Source of the DNA: Lingula anatina
Taxonomy: Eukaryota; Animalia; Brachiopoda
DNA: 64,000 nucleotides
Assembly (NCBI GenBank): GCA_051362555.1
Contig: CM120645.1
Span: 7,812,001 to 7,876,000, forward strand
Direction: 5' to 3'
Both the position numbers and the translations under genes were made by a program. Below the pieces are notes generated by a model. The model saw only the letters and a list, made by a program, of their open reading frames with translations. It was not told the DNA's origin and ran no database searches. Below, in pieces: positions 54,424 through 64,000 of the stretch (its first letter is position 1; each line of letters begins with the position of its first letter).

Positions 54424-54648
54424 TGCCCCTATTTCACACAGACCACGAATCCCACGAATCGCCAGGAATTGACAAATTTCAGGATTCCTGGTTGAATCGT
54501 AATCAGTTTGTGATTGATCAAGATTTGCAAGAACTGACTACGAACATATACGAATCTTTTAAGAACTTCATGAACTGATTACGATTCAACCACGAATCCT
54601 GAAATTTGTCAATTCCTGGCGATTCGTGGTCTGTGTGAAATAGGGGCA
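54424..54648. mobile_element. PIF/Harbinger-type MITE with TAA TSD, in the intron of the GNAT-like gene
   Basis: ~75-bp TIRs tgcccctatttcacacagaccacgaatc... / ...gattcgtggtctgtgtgaaataggggca. TAA at 54421-23 and 54649-51. Confidence 0.93.
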
Positions 54649-55431
54649 TAACGTTCATACGGTAGGCAATTGCAGTTAAAAAAAGTGTGCTTTTTTTAAT
54701 GCAATACAATTATTTCCTGCATTATGGTGGTTATGCTATAAAACCGCCACATAAAGTACCAGTACCAATATCCAAGTATATTTATTTTTCACTAGGAACT
54801 TAAACGCTATCCTGGTATGCTTTTAACAGCAGATATGATAGATTGGGGCTTAAAGAACCTCGGGTCACATCCATGTTTTAGGGGACAACAATTGTCTGCG
54901 TGAGGTTCACATATGTATTTCACAACAAAAACATTGTAAACAACTAATAGAAATAAAAAAAATCCATTTTGCCACAAAGCCTCGGTTATTGCAGTTATCT
55001 GTAAACTGTTCTTGCCATCAGACACAATGGACCTTCATAGATGACTATACCTCTGTAACGATCACTTAAAGGACTATTATGAAAACCAAACTTTTTAGGA
55101 AACACGTGGACTTACTTTGAATGTATGCAAGGATTCATGAACCATTGGTCAGTATAGGAAATTATCCCAGAAAACCCTTTTTTGTTTTGTTTTAATAAGG
55201 AACATTCTTTTTGGGTAATAGATAAATGCACGATTTTTCACCAATTTACCGGACTAATTTACGTTCAACTGAAGAAAACACTGGTAAAATAAGACGGTCT
55301 CATTTTCCGAATACCAGTTTCTCCTTTACCCTTTCCCAAACTTCCTATTCGTTTAATTGTTTTTTTTAATCATCTTTATTCTTTAATAACTATTCATATC
55401 GCTTCTTTTGAGTCGTTTTATTGTTTTTCAG

Positions 55432-55998
55432 GCGATACTAAAGGCCCAGAATTTGCCGGCTTACAACACACCAATATTCCACGTAGGCTTAGTGATGGTT
55501 ATAAGCGCAATGAAGCGGAAAGGACTTCAAAAATTCACAGTACTGAACTTGTACCTGTTATTTTTGGATTACTTCACAACTACGTGCATCGCCACCGATG
55601 TTGGCGCTTCCCCGAGCGGTTATCGCTTACTTTGTCATATACTGGATAATCCATTTCCAGACTACAGAATTCCTGAGGAGCGTCCCAGTGAAGAACACAT
55701 GTTCATCGCCAACCACGTTATTAACTGCCACAAACCAGACATGGGCATAAGTTGTTTCTCATATTTTAACCAAGACACATTTGTTGTGAAAGATTCCAAC
55801 AAGAAGGAAGGAGGAGGGAGTTACCAGTGCGCCCATACAATGCATGATGGTGAAAGTAGCAATAGTGCCGTGAACGCTTTCTTTATTGAACGGATTGGGG
55901 GCAGGCCGTTTGACGAGGTGTTTTTTGTCGGTCGAGTTCATTTCTTAAGAGTCTTAGTTAAAATGGCGTGTATGTTTCTTCAGAAAGGTAAACTCTGA
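55432..55998 (+). CDS. Exon 2 of the uncharacterised GNAT-like protein (~290 aa total)
   Basis: ttgtttttcag| acceptor in phase 0, 188 open codons to TGA. PIFHVGLVMVISAMKRKGLQK resembles GNAT motif A. Confidence 0.75.
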   Translation, partial: AILKAQNLPAYNTPIFHVGLVMVISAMKRKGLQKFTVLNLYLLFLDYFTTTCIATDVGASPSGYRLLCHILDNPFPDYRIPEERPSEEHMFIANHVINCHKPDMGISCFSYFNQDTFVVKDSNKKEGGGSYQCAHTMHDGESSNSAVNAFFIERIGGRPFDEVFFVGRVHFLRVLVKMACMFLQKGKL

Positions 55999-56329
55999 AG
56001 CCATTATGATACACTGTAATAGGTATGATCAGTTATGTCTCAATTTACCTTGTCCGCGAAAGGCATTGTAATGTTAACTTTATTTATTGAGCAAAGTATT
56101 TCCCGACACTAAGTGTAGTTATTGTGGCACTAGATGTCAATTACTGGGGACATTTTTCATCATCACGGCTACTGGAAATATTAGGGATATGTAAATTGTA
56201 AACTTAGAGTGAGCTCTTAATGTACGTCTCAAGAGTTAAAAATGAGGTAGATTTTTTGTGTAGAAAGTTACTTGTAGAGCTATTTGACTACAGTGGATGT
56301 TTGCAATAGGCTTGCCGGATCAAATAGAA

Positions 56330-56338
<9 letters not shown>

Positions 56339-56418
<80 letters not shown>
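56339..56418. repeat. (TA)n microsatellite, ~40 units
   Basis: Direct reading. Confidence 0.97.
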
Positions 56419-56421
<3 letters not shown>

Positions 56422-56655
56422 GAGACCAGGGCTAGTTGGACCCCGAAGTTGGCCCCCCATCAAGTTTCTTTAATAAAGTTACTTTAAGATGCTAAATTAT
56501 TTCATTTGGACTCACTGCCGACGCTTTCTTAGCACTATTGGATACGGTCACTTTACAAAATGATGTGATATATTCTTTTACCCTATAGTTACTTTGTCAT
56601 AAATTGATGGGGGGAGGGGGGACTATTCCGGGGTCCAACTAGTTCCGGTCTCCCC
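56419..56655. mobile_element. Tc1/mariner-superfamily-type MITE with TA flanks
   Basis: gggagaccagggctagttggacccc ... ggggtccaactagttccggtctcccc, plus inner ccccccatcaa / ttgatgggggg. TA on both sides. Confidence 0.85.
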
Positions 56656-56813
56656 TATATATGTGTACTTCCGGTGTGAATGGTGAGATGAATTTTGTAT
56701 GTTTATTTCACTGTATTTCAGGCCTACAGGCCAAGAGTACATCAATTGAGTTCTATTTATAATAATACTGAGCTGACTACACAGAAATATATATCATAAA
56801 CGACACAAATCAC

Positions 56814-59800
56814 TTATCTAAAAAAAACCTCTCTTAATTTCTCAGCATGATATATGAAGGCCGCAAGTCTTTTTATAAAGTCAACATTATGTGATGACAG
56901 AGCAGTCGCTAGTGACAATGTTGTAATCTCGGGAATATAGCGTTCCCTCAGACCGTTATATAAACTACATGACATTAACACGTGTTCCTCATTCTCAATA
57001 ATTGTTATGCCATCAGAAAGGCATGCAGCACATACTCTATCTTCCCCATCTACACTGGCATACCGTCCCTTCTCAATCTGTAAATTGTGGTTTGATATTC
57101 TGAACTTGCAGTAGGCCTTTCTATGCTCTGCTATGGACACAAAAGATAAGTATTCCTCAAATACCAAATCTAGTTTAAATGAGCTGTAGGTCCTTAGCTT
57201 GCCTGATTCGCTTACTGAGGAATGCCAATTCTGCCTGCTTATATCCATTAATCGTTGTCTAAACTTTTCTGTAAAAAGTTCCACATTTCCACATCCTTGG
57301 GTTGCCCATACTACTCCAAATCCATATGAATATAAAAGATGCTTGATGTCACTCGCCCATGTTTGCCTCCCACTACTATCTAAGTCAAACAGTAACTTGT
57401 AGCATGATTTCGGTAGCCTACCGTCGTCCATACACAAAAGCTTGAACCAATACTTAATACATTTGACATGATAATCTATGTATAGAGGGTAACGACCACA
57501 TTCCCCAAGAACTGCTTGTGTGCTTGCATTATCCGATACCATCAATAATCTTTTACAAAACTTAACTTGAACATTCTCTATTGATTCGGATATTTCGTAA
57601 CCCCATATTTCTGCTCCATATGTAAGTATGGGTTTTATCATTGAATCAAATATCTTAAAACATAAGACGTGAGGCAAAGATCCCACAATTTTAAATTACC
57701 TGAAACATCTTGCCATTGATTTCTTTGCTTGTGTTGCTAAAGTTTGTTTTGCTTTGGACCAAGACAGCTTTGGAGTAAACATAATACCCAAATACTTATA
57801 ATGCGATACAGTCTCTAACTCCACGCTGTCAAAAAAACACTTCTCGTAATGTCTAAGGTAACCACCATTTCTGAAAACTATTACTTTGGTTTTATCAAGA
57901 TTCACATTCATTTTCCAGCGTTTACAGAACAACGCTAAGTAATCTGAGAGTCTTTGCAGATTTCGCACAGTATCAGCACAGTTTGCTAAGTCATCTGCAT
58001 ATAAAATCGAGGTAATGTTCATGAACTCCTGATTTATATAAATACCTTGGCAGGAGAATTCTTCATAAAGATAAATGAGATCAGTTATGAATAAGCAAAA
58101 CAAAAACGGGCTGACCATGCATCCTTGCCTGGTACCAACATTACATGAGAACGTTGACGTGTAGCTTGATGTGTTTGGTAGCCTTATACAAGCTTGCAAT
58201 TGTGCATACATAGACTTGAGAACACTGAGTATATTGCCATGGATACCGTTTGCACATATTTTAAACCAGAGGTACTGATGATCCACGCAATCAAAAGCCT
58301 TTTGAAAGTCGACAAACATACAGTAAAATCTGCCTCCCCTTTTCGACAATATTTTTGTATCATTGCTTGTAATGAAAATATTTGGTCCTGAGTGCAATAC
58401 CCTTTCCTAAAACCAGCCTGGCATTCACTGATAATATCCTCCTGAGTTGCCCAGGCATTTAATCTATTACTTAATAATTTAGTAAACACCTTGCCAACAA
58501 CACTTAATAATGATATGCCTCTGAAGTTGTTTGGATCATTCGTGCTACCTTTTTTATGCAAAGGAAAAATGATGGCAACCGACCACGATTCAGGGAACTG
58601 TCCAGTGGCAAGAACACAATTAAATATATCACTCAAACACTGAATGCACGCATCGTTTGCATTTTTTAAGAATTCACATGGAATGGCGTCCAGACCTGCC
58701 GCTTTACCATTCTTCATTTGTCTGATTGCACTGCGAACTTCCTCAACTGTAATCACTTTATTCAAATCTGATGGTTTATTTTCGTCACAACAATCACAGT
58801 GTCCATCGTGCGCTCTCAGACCTTCCATAACGTCTTCATGAAAAACACCATCTATAACTGTGTTACCACTATTCAATAACTCCTTAAAGTATTCATAACA
58901 GTTCGTGGCAGAGATTTGTGTCTTTTGGCGAGGTGTCCTAGATAACTGTGCCACATTTCCCCAGAATGCCCTTGTATCATCACAACTTTTAACAATTCTG
59001 CTTCTTGCCAGTTGCTGTTTGATATCCTTTTTTTCACGACACGTCTGTCTGAACACTTTTTTACTTTCTATGTAGTCTTTAACATTTGGCGCTGTTGGGT
59101 TTTTACGCATTTGATTTAATTTTCGATTTTTTACAGATTTTTTATTTTGGCAGTCTGCATCCCAACAATCGGGTTGAGTTCTGTCCGCCTGTCGTCCGGT
59201 TTTGCCCTTAACCTTCATAGCTTCCGCAGCTCTGTAAAAGACTTGGTTAAGTAGCAATACAGACTCGTTTATGTTATTTTGCATTAAATCAGAACACTGT
59301 TCAAGCATGTCTTTAGATACATTGTCGTCGAGAATAGCTCTAAACTGGCGAGCTTTTGCAGCGTCCCATATAAACTGAAGCCCTTTTGTAACATTACTAG
59401 TCTCAGTCTCGGCCTTGTCCCCATCTGTGTGTGCCTCACATTGTATCACAAAAGACAAAGGGAAATGGTCCGAAAAGTCCATATCCAAAACATCAAAGTT
59501 AAGAATGCTATCAAATATCTCCGAGTCTGCTATGACATAGTCAACTAAACTTGCACCATTGGTTGTAACACAAGTAAATTTCCACTCCGGGTCATTTTTG
59601 AGATCTGCCATTTAAAAAGTGCATACCATAATCACAACATAGTTCAGTTAAAGTTGTGCCAAATGCATTGACAACTGTGTCATGCGAGTTCCGTGGTAAA
59701 TTTAATAAATCCGACTCATACCAATCGCCTATATCTAAGTACCTGGCATCGTCGTCAATAATATAGTCGTACAAGTCACCAGTTCTAGCATTGAAATCGC

Positions 59801-60311
59801 CTGCTAATATTAAACTAAAGTCATCATACTTAAGCGAGATATCTTCCAGGTTTGCACCTAGCAAACTAATACCATTAGCATCTCTCCCATTATAAAACGG
59901 GGAACCTTGAGGGGGAATGTAGACAAAAGTAACAATAACATCCTTACTAAACTTAAAATAATGCTTTTTCAACCTTAGAAAAATCATCGATTCTGCTTCA
60001 GGTTTGATGCGCTCAACACCTTGTATCAAACAATGTTTTATATACATTGCCATACCACACACTCCTCTACCTTTTCTCTTTCCCTTTTGTATACATGAAA
60101 AGAAATCATAGTCACGCAGAATATCTTTATAATCATCATAATCTTTTGCCCAAGTTTCACTAATAGCAACAATATCATAATTTTCCAACACACTAATACA
60201 TTCTTTATTTGAACAGTGCCTTCTTAATCCTCCTGCATTCCAAGTAATAACCTTAATGTTTTCACTATTTACATTTTCATTTATGTTTGTACTCTTTGCC
60301 CGGCCACTCCC
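56814..60311 (-). pseudogene. LINE ORF2 (APE endonuclease + reverse transcriptase + C-terminal zinc-knuckle-like motif), three frameshifts
   Basis: ITWNAGGL, DIVAISETW, GDFNARTG, SLVDYVI, SDHFPL (APE). NFRGISLLS, QAGFRKG, FVDFQKAFD, GTRQGCMVSP, LYADD at 57990-58004 (RT). RISNHNLQIEKGRY..CAAC..ENEEHVLMSC (C-terminus). Frame breaks near 59600, 58350 and 57690. Confidence 0.93.
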
Positions 60312-61133
60312 CTAGTCAATATTCACTTGTGTCTCCCGTCGCCTGGAATGGTCACCACCAACCAACACATTTTTTTCTTTGTCGAATGTGTGTTTGGCCG
60401 TCGACAACTAGTACGTCGTACTTGAAATATGGACTTTTATCCTTCTCCATACACTCTTTGAAAAAAGGTTGCAGATTTCGACGCAATTTTGAGACTCGTT
60501 CCGGTAAGTCTTGGCTGATGCGGAAGGGGAGATTTTTATCATTACGTTTTGATCGAAATGCAGACAAAATCCCATCCTTTATTCTCAGGCTACTGCAACT
60601 TATCAAGACGGGTCTCGGCTTCGTTCTACTAGGGAGACGAAATACACTTTCGAAGCGCAAATCTTCGTCTGTAAGCTTTAGATGCTCCTTAAATTTATCT
60701 ATGACCTTGGTGCAGGTTGTTGTGGAATTTTCAGCTTCATCCCCTGCAATGTTAAATACTTTTTAATTCTTTAATTTACTCTGCTTTTCAATGCGCTCCT
60801 GTTTTTTTATGGTGTCTGCTAATTCTCCTTCAACTTTTTCCAATTTTGCGTTCAATGCTGCCATATACTTTCAGTTAATATCGCATTTTCTTCTTTGAGC
60901 TTTTTATTTTCGTCTTTTAATTCAAGCACAGACTTTTCAAGATGGTCGAATTTTTTGTTCATGGATTTGACATCTCTACGTATTTCGAGTAAAAGCCCTT
61001 TTGTGTCCGTGTCAGAGTTTTCCTCATCCGAACCCTGAGAATCATCCGTATTTCCACTAACTGAGATCAATGAATGACTCCCACGCCCACTGCCTCGTTT
61101 GGGTGCTCCACCTCGTGATTTTCTACCTGCCAT
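60312..61133 (-). pseudogene. LINE ORF1 (basic N-terminus, coiled coil, L1-ORF1-like RRM/CTD), disrupted
   Basis: MAGRKSRGG..., heptad-rich EIRRDVKSMNKKFDHLEKSVLELKDENKKLKEEN, FESVFRLP..KPRPVLI..ISQDLPERVSKLRRNL..LVVDGQT. Frameshifts near 60860 and 60390, internal stop near 60765. Confidence 0.85.
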
Positions 61134-61171
61134 ATCAAATGCAACTCAGGGTGTGTTGTCAAGGTCACTAA

Positions 61172-62357
61172 AACCCCCTTTACACTGGACGGCGTCCTTT
61201 CTGCGTCCTTTGTGCGACCATGAAACTGGCCAGGACGCCGTCGGACGCTCAAAGAACGCACAGTGATCGCCAAGGTCGCACAAAGAACGTTCAAGCATCG
61301 CCGAGGACGCCATGGACGCCGCGAAGTTTTGAGCATGTTCAAAACAATCGCAGAGAGAACGCGATGGAGGATAGTCGCTCAGTGGACGCAGAAAGGACGC
61401 ACAAGCATCGCCGTGGTCGCAGAGAGAACGCACAAGCACCGCCGCGGTCGCAGAGAGGACGCACAATTAAGCATCGCCGCGGTCGTAGAAAGGAGGCACA
61501 AGCATCGCTTTGGTTGCAGAATGAAAACTCAAAAATCGTCCAGTGTTCGACACGTAGAACGTTATTTTTTTTCACTCTCAAACGGGGCCGTGCTGAGGTA
61601 TTTTTCACCAGACAGGAATTCTAAGGGCAACAGTGGTCTCATATCAGTCTCCGATAGTTTTTTCCCCTAAAATTCATGAAACGATCCAATTTTTTTTTTA
61701 GGTTATTATAAAACGAATATTTTGCCTTTTTTACAAGATGCATTAATTGTCAGAACTTTTTGCTGAATGCTTCATTTGAAAACGGATTCAAACATTCTAT
61801 GTTGTGTCTATACGTTCTCGTTTTCGGCGCCTGTCCATCCTTCTTATAAGGAAAACAATGAGCATCTGGCTGATTATCAGTCCATGCAGACCTTGCATCA
61901 CTATAGTTTAAAGCGTTTATTCCCATTTATTTGTTTTGTGTGCTGGAAATGTTCTTTATTGGATGACCTGGTTAGAACCGATGAAAATATATGAGTTAGA
62001 ATATAGAGAAAGACGCCCAAACAACGCTCATCGGTCAAGCAGGATGCAGAATGATCGTAGAATAGACGCCACTGATCGCCGATGAAGGTACAGAGAACGC
62101 AGCAAGAATGCTCAATGGTCGCTCAAACATCGCAATGGATGCCTTTGGTTGCACAGGGGACGTACAGTGGAGGCAGGCAGGTTGCTCGCAGTTTTACAGG
62201 TAAAATCAAGATTCGGTCGTTCAAAGGACGCACAGGGGACGCAGACGCCTTTACACTGAGACACGATTTAATTGCTTTGGCGACCGTTGAGCGTCCTGAC
62301 CACATTTTTGAACGCAGAAGGGACGCAGAAAGGACGCCGTCCAGTGTAAAGGGGCCC
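61172..62357. mobile_element. Non-autonomous PIF/Harbinger-like DNA transposon (~1.2 kb) with subterminal repeats
   Basis: TIR cccctttacactggacggcgtcctttctgcgtcc / ggacgcagaaaggacgccgtccagtgtaaagggg. Flanked by TAA (left) and TTA (right). ~30-bp subterminal repeats gcatcgccg-ggtcgcagagagaacgcacaa at 61260-61510. Confidence 0.88.
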
Positions 62358-63769
62358 TTAGCTGGGACACTGAATGTATCTGATCTACTATTATGTAATC
62401 CACCCACAACCACTAATGACGTAATTCAAGGTGTGAGTAGTAGTAACTGTTACAAAAATGTTTGATTCACTAACATTTCTAATTATTTTGCCATAGTTCA
62501 ACTTTTTAGCATGCCATTTCCATCGTCATTCGGATCTCGGAAAGTTCACATTTCTTCTGATACCACTTTTGTCCACTTTTAGTTACATCTCATGCTGTAA
62601 ATTTACAATATAACGCAGCACCTGATGTTCATGTCTACTCAACTCTGCTCAACTCAGTAGTTCCATAGGAAATAGGAAAATAAGCTTATGAAAGTAGTAC
62701 GTATATAATAATGAAAATTACACGAAGAACATAGGATTGTGTGCGTTAGAAAAATGATATTAGGCAGACAAGTTTGAAAGAACTAAAGTCTGAGAAGTTT
62801 ACATTTATTATCACTGAAAATAAAAATATTTATATTTAATCAAAGACAAAAAAAATTACACAGTTTTAGAAAGTGATGTTTAATTATGCATAAAATTTTG
62901 AAAAATAAAGATTTCATATATTAATTGGTATTTTCTGATGGATATTCATCATAAGTTTAAACGTTTCATTTTCTGTACACAATAAAGCAAATCCAATGTT
63001 AAAGCATTAGGTCACACTGTTACCTTCTTCAGTACGTGTGTGATATAATATAACGAGACTGCATGAGCACTACTCATCCTTGCATCAGTAGCTTCGCATT
63101 TTGATAGTGGGATAGTTGCAATGTTAAAATATCTAACAACTTACACAAATTACAAATAATACTGTGAGGACATTGTATTGGTGCCAAACACTTCAAAAGT
63201 CTTCAAATGGTCCACGGGGTAAATATACACATTCTTAATACTAGTACGGTAGTATTTGTAATTGCGATATGTAGTTCGAGGCTATAATTGGACTTCCGTC
63301 TACGCAAATATTGCGTTGCGATTGTAGGGTAAATGCTTCGAGTTAGCAGGGGGGTGCAATCGTCAGTGCATATAGCGATCGATTGCAATGATTGCGTGCG
63401 TTTGCAATTTGCGATGATTTCAAGCTAACGTTCCCTGCTCCTCTGTCTATGCAGCCCTTTAATATGGTACCAGTTAAGCAAATAAGTCAAGTCCAATAAA
63501 TACGATTGCCTTGTCTTCCACTGCCTACCCACTGCAGAGCAACACTTTACCGTAATTGTTTGAAATGTTATCCCATAATCATTATGTTAGGTCAACCAGC
63601 CTCTACAACATGTTGTATGTTCTAGTGAATAATTAGGTCTAAGCATATCTATAAATCATATACATGTCATCAGGGCCCCATAACTCGAAAGCATCGCATC
63701 GCGACCGAGCTCAAGCAGTGCGATTCGTCGCTATTTGGGAGGGCGATTGCACCCACCTGTAAACTCCAA

Positions 63770-63993
63770 GGCTTCGTTCACATGAAAAATCTATTTTCTA
63801 AAAATCTATTTTCTATTCGCGGTATCTTGTGATCACGGTCTGTGCCCTGAATACCCCGCGGCGTAATTACTGGCAGCGCGAGCCAGTTACTTCCAAAGCT
63901 GTTATTAATTCTCGGCTGCGCTCGGAGTGATCACAAGATACCGCGAATAGAAAATAGAATTTTAGAAAATAGATTTTTCGTGTGAACGGAGTC
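63770..63993. mobile_element. Harbinger-type MITE with CAA TSD
   Basis: ~65-bp TIRs ggcttcgttcacatgaaaaatctattttcta...gtgatcac / gtgatcacaagataccgcgaatagaaaatag...tgtgaacggagtc. CAA at 63767-69 and 63994-96. Confidence 0.9.
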
Positions 63994-64000
63994 CAAGCCT

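Larger units (their letters stand above)
56695..61168 (-). mobile_element. Near full-length, decayed non-LTR retrotransposon (LINE), RTEX-like
   Basis: ORF1, APE endonuclease, RT and C-terminal Cys/His motif in order. 3' UTR has a GGCCtgtaGGCC hairpin and AATAAA. The 5' UTR may continue past the Harbinger-like insertion to ~62650. Clade is assigned from recalled motifs. Confidence 0.9.

Noticed and set aside
54796-54814. Possible micro-exon actag|GAACTTAAACGCTATCCTG|gtatgc in the GNAT-like gene intron
   Set aside because: Its 19 nt would shift the frame, and exons 1 and 2 already join in phase.
55981-55998. AAG|gtaaac as a donor extending the GNAT-like protein
   Set aside because: No downstream exon is evident before the microsatellite and TE block, and a stop follows within four codons. 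Not fully excluded.
56284-56487. ORF with a poly-(IY) tract
   Set aside because: Translation of the (TA)n microsatellite.
61067-62465. Several 75-135 aa ORFs in the Harbinger-like element
   Set aside because: They arise mostly from GC-rich TIR and subterminal repeats; no DDE transposase or Myb/MADF motif was recognised.

Overview
AT-rich eukaryotic genomic DNA from an invertebrate animal (lophotrochozoan/mollusc-like by impression only). Positions 1-~51.5 kb appear to lie within one + strand gene for an IQSEC/BRAG (schizo/loner) family Arf-GEF. Eleven spliced coding exons at 40359-49797 encode an IQ motif, a Sec7 domain and a PH domain. They follow ~40 kb of 5' intronic sequence holding at least two, possibly three, phase-compatible alternative first coding exons, a 41-bp G-rich minisatellite and several candidate regulatory clusters. 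Downstream (51.9-64 kb) is a CpG-richer, transposon-dense block. It contains five small MITEs with different TSD lengths, a 1.2-kb Harbinger-like element and a near full-length but decayed RTEX-like LINE on the - strand, whose ORF2 follows a single in-frame TAG with no nearby ATG. It also contains a two-exon gene (53763-55998) for a ~290-aa membrane-anchored protein with a GNAT-like acyl-CoA motif that I cannot assign to a typical animal family. No rRNA, tRNA or CRISPR features were recognised. All calls come from reading the sequence; no database search was run.
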